Positions 1 through 7,492 of a DNA stretch of 32,000 nucleotides are shown here, piece after piece; positions within the stretch are counted from its first letter, which is position 1; each line of letters starts with the position of its first letter. The stretch spans positions 840,001 to 872,000 of the forward strand of contig NC_007494.2 in NCBI RefSeq assembly GCF_000012905.2, given 5' to 3'. Below the pieces are notes generated by a model, which ran no database searches, was not told the DNA's origin, and saw only the letters and a list, made by a program, of their open reading frames with translations. The DNA comes from Cereibacter sphaeroides 2.4.1 (GTDB lineage: Bacteria; Pseudomonadota; Alphaproteobacteria; Rhodobacterales; Rhodobacteraceae). The translations under genes and the position numbers were made by a program.

Positions 1-424
1 AGGTCGCGTAGGGATTGAGGCAGGCGGTGGGGCCGATGAAGCTCACCTCCTCGTCCGGTCCCGACCGCATGGCGATGTCGGTCATCCGCACCGCATCGCC
101 GAGGATATGCCGCTCGAACTGTTCGAGCCGCGCGGCGCGGTCGTCGGGCAGCATCTCCATCGCGGGGTCCTCGAGGCCGGTCTGGTAGGCGGTGGCATAG
201 GCCGCCGCCAGCTTCCACGGCGGCGCGATCCACGGACGCTGCGCCACGCTGGCCGCGGTCAGCGCCTCGACCTCCGCCTCCTCCATCCGGAGCGGCCCGA
301 AATGGCGCTCGAGCACGGCGCGGACCAGATCCTCGGGCCGGCGGGTGATCGCATAGCCCCCCGCCGCGGCGAGGGCGGCGGTGGCTCCGGCCAGCTGGAG
401 GGCGCGGCGGCGGCTCAGTCTCAT
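1..424 (-). CDS. Twin-arginine (Tat) signal protein, C-terminus cut by window edge; possible partner/small subunit of the adjacent GMC flavoprotein
   Basis: Reverse-strand ATG at 424-422, preceded by GGAG with a 7-nt spacer, 11 nt after the GMC stop. My translation is MRLSRRRALQLAGATAALAAAGGYAITRRPEDLV..., with an S-R-R-R-x-L-Q Tat motif and an Ala-rich h-region. The reading frame stays open to position 1. It is absent from the ORF track because there is no stop in the window. Confidence 0.5.
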   Translation of the reverse strand, partial: MRLSRRRALQLAGATAALAAAGGYAITRRPEDLVRAVLERHFGPLRMEEAEVEALTAASVAQRPWIAPPWKLAAAYATAYQTGLEDPAMEMLPDDRAARLEQFERHILGDAVRMTDIAMRSGPDEEVSFIGPTACLNPYAT

Positions 425-435
425 GGGCGGCTCCG

Positions 436-1887
436 TCAGATCAGAAGGTCGGCGGCGCGCAGCGACAGCGCGGCGGCGGTGAGCGAGGGGTTGGCGGCCG
501 AGCAGGTGGGGAAGGTGCTGGTGCCCACCACCACCAGATTGCGCAGCCGGTGATGGACAAGGCCCGCATCCACCACGGACGTGGCCGGATCGGATCCCAT
601 CCGCAGCGTGCCCTGCAGGTGGCTCTCGGTCTCGCGGATGCCGTGGTCGAGGATCTTCTCGACCGGCAGCGGCGCGAGCAGTTCGGGCAGCGCGGCCTTG
701 GCCCGCTCCATCCCGCGCAGCGCATAATCCGAGGGTCCGTGATAGTCGACGAAGGCCCGCCCCTCGCCATCCAGCGTCACGCGGTTGCGGTCCTCGGGCA
801 GGTCTTCGGTCACGATCACGAGCGGCAGGGTCTGGCGCATCCGCTCGGCCCCGAGCCGCATCCCGTGCGACCAGCGATTCTCGAAATAGACCAGCGCCGC
901 GCCCCGATCCTTGCGGTGCGGCCCGTCGTAGAGGCCGAAGTCGAGCCCCGTCGTGATGGTGCTGCCGCCGAAATTGTCGACCCCGTCGAGCCAGGCCTCC
1001 ATCGACCAGCCGTAGGATTCGTGCAGCCCCACGCCGGTCAGCCCGCCGCCCAGATCCGAGCGCAGAAGGATCGCCGGGCTGTGGATCGCGTTCGCGCCGA
1101 GCACGAAGAGATCGCCCGTCACCTTATGCTCGCGCCCGTCGGGGCCGCGGATCACCGCCGCCGAGATCGATGAGCCCGCCGCCTCGAAGCGGCGCACCTC
1201 CGTCTCGAGGCAGAGGGTCACGCCCGGCGTCTCGTAGAGCGGCACGAGCGAATTGTTCGCCGTGAACTTCGCATCCGCCGGACAGATCTGGCAGCGCAGT
1301 GAGGCGCAGCAGGCCGCGCGCGTCTCGGTGGCGATGCGGGCCCGCGCGGTCGGCATCACGAAATGGCTGTCGGGCCGCGCCGCCTTCATCAGCCGGTCGG
1401 GATCGGGCATCACATGCGGCGGCTGCGGGAAGGGACGCGAGCGCGGCATGACCTGCGCCATGTCGGGATCGCCCGAAACCGCCATGATTTCCTCGGCCTC
1501 GCACCAGTAGGGTTCGAGATCGTCGTAGGAGACGGGCCAGTCCTGCGCCACGCCGTGATCGGTCCCGAGCCGGAAATCCGCCGGATGGAGGCGCGGCGTC
1601 TGGGCGAACCAGCAGTTGGTGCCTCCGCCGAATCCGATGGTGAAGTTCCAGGGCTTCTCGGAGTTGGTGGCGTAGGTGTCGCTGTCGGTCACGGGCGAAT
1701 TCCGCCCTTCCTCCAGCTGCCAGTCGTGTGTCGAATGCCGACCCCATTCCAGGACGAGGACCCGCCGCCCCGGCTGGCGCAGCAGCCGATGCAGGAAGAA
1801 CGAGGAGCCGAAGCCCGAGCCCACAATAATCACATCGAAATGTTCGCCGGCGACGCTCTCGGGCGGAGCCAGGTTCATAAGATTCAT
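436..1887 (-). CDS. GMC-family FAD-dependent oxidoreductase
   Basis: 483-aa ORF with the N-terminal dinucleotide-binding motif DVIIVGSGFGSS and a C-terminal GMC-like HLQGTLRMG motif. High GC3. There are two ATGs (1887 and 1878); the second is better spaced from AGGAG, so the start is uncertain by 9 nt. Confidence 0.85.
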   Translation of the reverse strand: MNLMNLAPPESVAGEHFDVIIVGSGFGSSFFLHRLLRQPGRRVLVLEWGRHSTHDWQLEEGRNSPVTDSDTYATNSEKPWNFTIGFGGGTNCWFAQTPRLHPADFRLGTDHGVAQDWPVSYDDLEPYWCEAEEIMAVSGDPDMAQVMPRSRPFPQPPHVMPDPDRLMKAARPDSHFVMPTARARIATETRAACCASLRCQICPADAKFTANNSLVPLYETPGVTLCLETEVRRFEAAGSSISAAVIRGPDGREHKVTGDLFVLGANAIHSPAILLRSDLGGGLTGVGLHESYGWSMEAWLDGVDNFGGSTITTGLDFGLYDGPHRKDRGAALVYFENRWSHGMRLGAERMRQTLPLVIVTEDLPEDRNRVTLDGEGRAFVDYHGPSDYALRGMERAKAALPELLAPLPVEKILDHGIRETESHLQGTLRMGSDPATSVVDAGLVHHRLRNLVVVGTSTFPTCSAANPSLTAAALSLRAADLLI

Positions 1888-2211
1888 CTCCTAGTTATTG
1901 CTTGCCACCTTGGGGCGAGCGGCGGGAAACTGTCCAGACCTGCCCCCGTGGATCGGCAAGGCTTTGCCGGCCCGGTTTGCAACCGCAGCATGATTGTGCT
2001 TATGCAGCGCGGAGGTGCCGCTCGAACGGGCAGCGGCAGGAAACTGCGCGTGCCGAAGACCGCCAGGTTGCACGTCTGGGAACTTTGCGGCCCCTTGGGG
2101 CTTCGTCCGCAAGCCGCGGGTCGGCCGGTCCCTCGCCGGTCTGCCGCGGAACCGAGGGAGAAACGTCTCGATGCGATCCTGTCTGACTGCCTGCGCCGGG
2201 CCGGTGTCCCG

Positions 2212-3726
2212 GTGAGCGGCCAGCATCTTTTCGATCCGCCGCAGGGATCGCTGCGCACCACCGTCGGCCGCGGCGCCGCGGCCATCGCCGCGTCGCAGGC
2301 GGTGATGGTGGCCACGCAGATGGGATCGGTGGTCATCCTGTCGCGCCTGCTCGCGCCCGAGGAATTCGGCCTCGTGGCCATGTGCGCGCCGGTGCTGGCG
2401 CTGATCGGGATGCTGCAGGATTTCGGCCTCGTGCAGGCGACGGTGCAGAAGCCCGACCTGCGGCACGAGGAGGTGAACTTCCTCTTCTGGGTCAATGTCG
2501 CCCTCTCGGCCGCGCTGGCGCTGCTGCTGCTGCTGATCTCGCCGCTCGTGGCCCTCTTCTATCAGGAACCGCGGATCGGGCCGCTGATCGCCGCCATGGC
2601 GCTGATCGTGGCCGCGAACGGGCTGGGCGCGCAGCATGCGGCGCTTCTGAACCGGCGGATGGAATACGGTCGCATCGCCATCATCGGCGTGGTGGGCGCG
2701 GTGGCGGGGCTCGGCACGGCGACGGCCTGGGCGCTGGTGCAGCCGAGCTACTGGGCGCTGTTCGGCGGCCAGCTGGCCGGGACGCTGCTGCCCACCGGCC
2801 TCATGTGGCTCGCCTCGCGCTGGCGGCCGGGCCGGCCGGGCGGGGCCGAAGGCGGGCGGGCGCTCATCGGCTTCGGCGCGGGCATCACGGGCTTCAACTT
2901 CGCGAACTTCTTCGCCCGCAACCTCGACAATGTGCTGATCGGCCGGGTCTGGGGCGGCGCGCAGCTCGGGCTTTACGACCGTGCCTACAAGCTCTTGCTC
3001 ATGCCCTTGAATCAGGTGGCCAATCCGCTGTCGAAGGTGATGATCCCTGCCCTCTCGCGGATGCTGGACGAGCCCGACCGCTACCGGAGCGCCTATCTGC
3101 GCGTGCTGACGCTGTCGCTCCTCCTCGTCCTGCCGGGCGTGGCGGCGGCGACGGCGATGGCGGACCTGCTGATCCCCTTCGCGCTCGGCGCGCACTGGGC
3201 GGGCAGCGCGCCGATCTTCATGGCGCTCGGCTTCGCGGGACTCCTGCAGCCTTTGAACAATCCGGCCGGATGGCTCTTCATCAGTCAGGGCCGCTCGACC
3301 GAGTTCATGTACTGGGGCTTCGCCACGGCCCTCTTCGCGGTGGTGGCCTTCGTGCTGGGCCTGCCCTATGGCGCGCTCGGCGTGGCCATCGCCTACGCCA
3401 TCAGCGAATATCTGAAGACCCCGGTGCTCTGGCTCTATATCGGGCGGCTCGGCGCGGTCCGCGCCCGCGATGTGGCCCTTGCCTGCGGTCCCCTCGTGCT
3501 GGCGGGCCATGCGGCGCTCGGCGTCGTGTGGCTCGCGCGTCCCTGGCTCGCCGAGGCCCCCGTGGCGGCGCTGCTCGAGGGGGCGCTGCTCGCCTATCTC
3601 GTGACCGTCCTGCTCATCGCCCCCTTCCCGCAGGGCCGCGCCGTGCTGGCCGAGGCCGGATCGCTTCTCCGCGGCGGCCTCTCGAAGCTCCGCTCCCGCA
3701 CCATCCGCCGCGCGACGTCCGGCTGA
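2212..3726 (+). CDS. Polysaccharide flippase, Wzx/MOP (PST) family
   Basis: C-terminal ~505 aa of track ORF 1363-3726. Multiple hydrophobic helices and the typical N-terminal region ...VATQMGSVVILSRLLAPEEFGLVAM.... The upstream part of the track ORF is Arg-rich and overlaps the GMC gene, so I trimmed it to the in-frame GTG at 2212. The start is approximate. Confidence 0.75.
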   Translation: MSGQHLFDPPQGSLRTTVGRGAAAIAASQAVMVATQMGSVVILSRLLAPEEFGLVAMCAPVLALIGMLQDFGLVQATVQKPDLRHEEVNFLFWVNVALSAALALLLLLISPLVALFYQEPRIGPLIAAMALIVAANGLGAQHAALLNRRMEYGRIAIIGVVGAVAGLGTATAWALVQPSYWALFGGQLAGTLLPTGLMWLASRWRPGRPGGAEGGRALIGFGAGITGFNFANFFARNLDNVLIGRVWGGAQLGLYDRAYKLLLMPLNQVANPLSKVMIPALSRMLDEPDRYRSAYLRVLTLSLLLVLPGVAAATAMADLLIPFALGAHWAGSAPIFMALGFAGLLQPLNNPAGWLFISQGRSTEFMYWGFATALFAVVAFVLGLPYGALGVAIAYAISEYLKTPVLWLYIGRLGAVRARDVALACGPLVLAGHAALGVVWLARPWLAEAPVAALLEGALLAYLVTVLLIAPFPQGRAVLAEAGSLLRGGLSKLRSRTIRRATSG

Positions 3727-3737
3727 CGAGGACAGAC

Positions 3738-4691
3738 ATGCATTACCGTTCGATCACCGATCTGGCCGATCTTCTGCAACAGAGCCTGCACCGCATCCCG
3801 CGCGAGACCGATCTGGTCGTGGGGCTGCCGGGCGGCGGGGTTCTGGCGGCCAACATCCTGTGCCTGCTGGCCAATGTGCCGATGTCGGATCTGGAGAGCA
3901 TCCTCGCCGGGCGCAGCTTCTCGGTGGGGCGCACCAAGCTCGATGGCGGCCCGGCGCCTCAGCCGCAGCATGTGGTGGCGGTGGCCGACACGGCGGAGGG
4001 CGTGGCCGAGGCGCGCGCGCGGCTCGAGGCGGCCGGGATCGCCGCCACGCTCGTCGTGGCCTACGGCGATGGCCCGGACGTGCCGGGGGCGGATCTGGTG
4101 CTCGAGGCCCTGCCCGAGCCGCGGATCTTCCAGTGGAGCTTCATGCAGCATCCGGTGCTCGAACGCGCCTGCGTGGATATCGACGGCGTCCTCTGCCTCG
4201 ATCCCACCCATGCCGAGAACGACGACGGCGCGGCCTATCTGGAGTTCCTGACGACCGCCCGGCCGCTCTACCGCCCGGTGCGGCGGATCGGAACGCTGGT
4301 CACCAGCCGGCTCGAGAAATACCGCGCCGAGACCGAGGGCTGGCTCGCAGCCCAAGGCATCGCCTACGGACGGCTGGCGATGCTCGACCTGCCGAGCCAG
4401 GCCGAGCGCATCCGGCTCGGGGCGCATGGCAGCTTCAAGGCCGAGACCTACCGCAAGTCCGACGCGCCGCTCTTCATCGAGAGCGAGAACCGGCAGGCGC
4501 GCCGCATCGCGGAGCTGTCGGGCAAGCCCGTGCTCTGCCTCGAGACCCACAGCCTCGTGACCCGCGAGACGCTGGCGCGCGCCCCCGCCGCAGCGCCCGT
4601 GCCCTCCACCTTGGGCACGGCGAAGGCCATCGCGCGCGGCCTTCTCGGCCCGGCGCGGGTGGCGGCTCTGAAGCGGCGGTTCGCACGGTGA
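3738..4691 (+). CDS. Two-domain protein: N-terminal type I phosphoribosyltransferase-like domain (degenerate PRPP loop) + C-terminal HAD-like phosphatase domain (paralog A)
   Basis: ATG at 3738 with GAGGA 5 nt upstream, 11 nt after the wzx stop. N-terminus DLVVGLPGGGVLAANIL matches the PRTase hood/loop pattern. The PRPP-loop position reads VVAVADTAEGVAEA. The C-terminus has CVDIDGVLC (DxDG HAD motif I), LVTSR (motif II) and FIESE. About 65-70% identical by eye to the 6446-7396 protein over the C-terminal domain. Confidence 0.8.
   Translation: MHYRSITDLADLLQQSLHRIPRETDLVVGLPGGGVLAANILCLLANVPMSDLESILAGRSFSVGRTKLDGGPAPQPQHVVAVADTAEGVAEARARLEAAGIAATLVVAYGDGPDVPGADLVLEALPEPRIFQWSFMQHPVLERACVDIDGVLCLDPTHAENDDGAAYLEFLTTARPLYRPVRRIGTLVTSRLEKYRAETEGWLAAQGIAYGRLAMLDLPSQAERIRLGAHGSFKAETYRKSDAPLFIESENRQARRIAELSGKPVLCLETHSLVTRETLARAPAAAPVPSTLGTAKAIARGLLGPARVAALKRRFAR
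4119..4541 (+). repeat. Arm 1 of a diverged inverted repeat (HAD-domain coding region of paralog A)
   Basis: Hand alignment with the reverse complement of 6602-7030 gives shared runs such as ctggtcaccagcc, ctcgagaaataccgc, ggcagcttcaaggcc and ctcttcatcgagagcga. I estimate roughly three quarters nucleotide identity; this was not computed. Confidence 0.6.
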
Positions 4692-4780
4692 TGAAAAAAG
4701 CGCCGCTCTGCAGCATGAACCGGAGAAGACCTTGCGGCGGCCGACCTGTCAGGGCCGGGCGGTTTGCATCTTTGTGAGAA

Positions 4781-4806
4781 TCCGCGGCCAGACGTTGGAC
4801 CGCGGA
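4781..4806 (+). terminator. Hairpin downstream of paralog A (possible terminator or protein-binding palindrome)
   Basis: TCCGCGGCCA-gacgt-TGGaCCGCGGA: a 10-bp stem with one bulge, ~90 nt after the stop at 4691. No U-tract follows, so terminator function is doubtful. Confidence 0.25.
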
Positions 4807-4959
4807 AAATAGTAACCTATGGTTGAGTCTGTCACGAGGAGTTTGGGTGCCAGTTTGGTGGCGAAGGCGATCACCGTCCCGATCGATCCATGAACCGACC
4901 GGGGGTCCAGCGATCTCCTCAACTCCGACCGTCAACAGGAAGCACGGGAAAACAGAACG

Positions 4960-6279
4960 TTGTCACAGAACATTCGTCAAACGGCCAGAGGCCGTGCCGG
5001 CGGAGCTTCCGCCTCTCTCGCCCGGTCCGAGGCTGCGAGGCCGTCCTGGCTGGACCAGCTGCGGCCGGCGGACCTCAACCGGCAGTTGCCCTTCGGCGGC
5101 TTCGGTGGCGTCAGATCCGAGAAGTCCGTGCCGCAGACGGCCGCGCGGCCGCTCCGCATTCTTTTCACTCTGGGAGACCCCTACCTGCCGCAGCGCAGCG
5201 GCGGCGCCCAGTCGAGCACCGACCAGCTGGCCGCCGCGCTGCGCGCCGAAGGTCATGACGTGGCGGTGCTCGCGGGTCTCGAGGGCGGCGGCTGGACGGA
5301 ACTGCGCTCGCGCATGCAGCGCCGCCTGCTGCGCCGCGACTATGCCCAGAACCGCATGGGCGGCTACCGCGTGTTCCGCACCTGGAACCCGGTCGACGCG
5401 TCCGAGGTGGTCCGCCGCTTCCGGCCCGACGTGGCCGTGGTGCAGAACGACAACACGCAGCGCACCGTGCCGCTCGCGCGCTCGCTCGAGGCCGCCGGCG
5501 TGCCGGTCGTCTTCTACTTCCGGAACGTCGAACTCGAGGATCTCGGCGGCAACCCGGCGAGCCTCAAAGGCGCGCGCTTCGTGGCCAATTCCGAATTCAC
5601 CGCCCGCACCTACGGCAAGGTCTTCGGCATCCGCTCGACCGTGATCCCGCCGCTGGTCGAGCCCGAGCTCTACCGCACCGAGACCACGCGCGAGAATGTC
5701 ACCTTCATCAACCCGGTGGCGGTGAAGGGGCTCGAGACCGCGCTCGGCGTGGCCGAGCTCTGCCCCGACATCCCCTTCGTCTTCGTCGAGAGCTGGCCGC
5801 TCAGCGCCGAACGCAAACAGGAGCTGGAAGAGCGCATCGCCGCGCTGCCGAACGTCACCCTGCGGATGCGGACGAGCGACATGAAATCGGTCTATGGCAA
5901 GGCCAAGATCCTCCTCGCGCCCAGCGTCTGGCAGGAGGCCTGGGGCCGGGTCGCGACCGAGGCGCATTTCTGCGGCATTCCGGTGATCGGCTCGAACCAG
6001 GGCGGCCTGCCGGAGGCCATCGGGATCGGCGGCCATGTGCTGCCGGTGGATGCGCCGGCGGCCGACTGGGCGGCCGAGGTGCGGCGTCTCTGGGACGATC
6101 CGAAGGCCTACGAGGCGGCCTCGGCGGCAGCCTATGCCCATGCGCGGCGGCCCGAGATTGCGGGCGACCACCAGCTCCGCACCTTCCTCTCGGTGCTCCG
6201 CGGCGCCTGCGGCGACTTCACCCGTCGCGCCGGCACGGTGGCGGCGCGGGCCATGACCGTGGCCCTGCCCCTGATCTGA
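4960..6279 (+). CDS. GT-B fold glycosyltransferase, family 4-like (GT1 superfamily)
   Basis: 439-aa ORF. LRILFTLGDPYLPQRSGGAQ is a typical GT4 N-terminus. The C-terminal EAWGRVATEAHFCGIPVIGSNQGGLPEAIG corresponds to the E-x7-E donor-binding motif. The true start may be the in-frame GTG at 5128, just before RPLRILF. Confidence 0.8.
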   Translation: MSQNIRQTARGRAGGASASLARSEAARPSWLDQLRPADLNRQLPFGGFGGVRSEKSVPQTAARPLRILFTLGDPYLPQRSGGAQSSTDQLAAALRAEGHDVAVLAGLEGGGWTELRSRMQRRLLRRDYAQNRMGGYRVFRTWNPVDASEVVRRFRPDVAVVQNDNTQRTVPLARSLEAAGVPVVFYFRNVELEDLGGNPASLKGARFVANSEFTARTYGKVFGIRSTVIPPLVEPELYRTETTRENVTFINPVAVKGLETALGVAELCPDIPFVFVESWPLSAERKQELEERIAALPNVTLRMRTSDMKSVYGKAKILLAPSVWQEAWGRVATEAHFCGIPVIGSNQGGLPEAIGIGGHVLPVDAPAADWAAEVRRLWDDPKAYEAASAAAYAHARRPEIAGDHQLRTFLSVLRGACGDFTRRAGTVAARAMTVALPLI

Positions 6280-6289
6280 CGACCCCGCA

Positions 6290-6314
6290 GCGGACGGGGC
6301 CCGGTCCCGTCCGC
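6290..6314. terminator. Hairpin between the convergent GT and paralog B genes
   Basis: GCGGACGGG-gcccggt-CCCGTCCGC: a perfect 9-bp stem, 11 nt after the GT stop. No clear U-tract. Confidence 0.35.
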
Positions 6315-6445
6315 CCGCTCCGCCGGATCAGAGGGCCGCGACCGTCGGCCCCTCGACAGGCGGGCTGGCTCTCCCTCTTCATCGTTGCCCCTGAAGGCGT
6401 GACGCGACCATCTGCGCCCCGTATCGTCCAGCCTCCGCCCGGACC

Positions 6446-7396
6446 TCAGGCCCCGCGCAGGCGCTGGCTCAGGGCGGAAAACCGATCCGGCCCCAGCACC
6501 GACCAGGCCGCCTGCCGCACCAGATGGCGGGCGGCGCTGCGGCTGCGCAGGCGCGGGATCTGGGCGGCGATATGGCCGAGATCGGGCTGGTAGAGCCGCT
6601 GCTCGGGCAAGCACAGCACCGGCCGCCCGGAGAGGCGCATGATCTCGGCGGCCTGCCGCGGCTCGCTCTCGATGAAGAGAAGCGCGTCGCTGTCGCGGTA
6701 GACCGTGGCCTTGAAGCTGCCGTGCGCGCCCCGGCGCATCCGCTCTTCGCGGCTCGGCAAATCCAGCATCGCCAGCCGGTCGAAGGCGATGCCCTGCGCG
6801 GCCAGCCAGGCTTCCGTCTGGGGGCGGTATTTCTCGAGACGGCTGGTGACCAGCATCCCGATCCGCTGGCGCGTGCGGTTGAGCGGACGCGCGTTCAGGA
6901 GGAAGTCGAGATAGGCGGGGCCGTCGTCGTTTTCGGCCTCGCTCGGGTCGTGGCAGAGGATGCCGTCGATATCGACGCAGCAGCGGGCGAGAAACTTGTG
7001 GTGCATCGCGTTCCACTGGAACATGCGCGGTTGCGGCACCGCCTCGAAGATCAGGTCGGCCTCGGGATGCTGCGGCTTCAGCCCGTAGACGGCGGCGTAG
7101 AGCACGCCCTCGCCCCGCCCCGCCAAGGCCACCCGGTCGCGCGCCTCCTGCATGGCGATGCCGGAACTCAGGCTGTCCTCGAGCACGAGGACGCGCCGCT
7201 CGGCGCCGCCTGCGGGCGTGCGCTTCTCGAGGAAATCGTCGAGCGCCACGACCGGCAGGCCCGTGGCCGCGCCCAGCATCTGCGCAGCCAGAAGCCCGCT
7301 CCGCGGGACGCCCACCACGAGATCGAGATCCCGCGGCAGCCGATGCAGGCTCGCGAGGATCGTGCGGTTCATGTCGGCAATCGAGCGGTAGTTCAT
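6446..7396 (-). CDS. Two-domain protein: type I phosphoribosyltransferase-like domain (intact PRPP loop) + HAD-like phosphatase domain (paralog B)
   Basis: 316-aa ORF with GGAG 7 nt upstream of the ATG at 7396. DLVVGVPRSGLLAAQMLG, and a canonical PRPP-binding loop RRVLVLEDSLSSGIAM (four hydrophobic residues, two acidic residues, then a small-residue loop). HAD motifs CVDIDGILC, LVTSR and FIESE. Confidence 0.85.
   Translation of the reverse strand: MNYRSIADMNRTILASLHRLPRDLDLVVGVPRSGLLAAQMLGAATGLPVVALDDFLEKRTPAGGAERRVLVLEDSLSSGIAMQEARDRVALAGRGEGVLYAAVYGLKPQHPEADLIFEAVPQPRMFQWNAMHHKFLARCCVDIDGILCHDPSEAENDDGPAYLDFLLNARPLNRTRQRIGMLVTSRLEKYRPQTEAWLAAQGIAFDRLAMLDLPSREERMRRGAHGSFKATVYRDSDALLFIESEPRQAAEIMRLSGRPVLCLPEQRLYQPDLGHIAAQIPRLRSRSAARHLVRQAAWSVLGPDRFSALSQRLRGA
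6602..7030 (-). repeat. Arm 2 of the diverged inverted repeat (HAD-domain coding region of paralog B)
   Basis: See the arm 1 entry. The two arms are in opposite orientation and flank the glycosyltransferase gene. Confidence 0.6.
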
Positions 7397-7492
7397 GCGG
7401 GTCTCCGGGTCATGGCTTCAGGCCAGAGGTGGGGCGGGCCTGCGGCCTGTCGAGGGGCGGGCGCCTGACGATGGGAAGCCGCCGCCGCCCGG

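Noticed and set aside
1977-2006. Possible sigma-70-like promoter TTGCAA-N18-TATGCA upstream of wzx.
   Set aside because: Both hexamers are weak matches. I cannot score them against a species-specific model, and several equally poor alternatives exist in the 320-nt gap.
4692-4959. A small gene or sRNA in the lower-GC 268-nt gap before the glycosyltransferase.
   Set aside because: Only short junk ORFs are present (for example 4890-5258, which is Arg/Pro-rich). The one hairpin (4781-4806) lacks a U-tract. The gap may simply be the GT promoter region, and it becomes longer if the GT starts at 5128.
3738-7396. Invertible, phase-variable DNA segment bounded by the inverted paralogs.
   Set aside because: The arms are diverged by my estimate, sharing only identical runs of up to about 17 nt. 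They lie inside coding sequences, so recombination would create chimeric genes. No recombinase is nearby.
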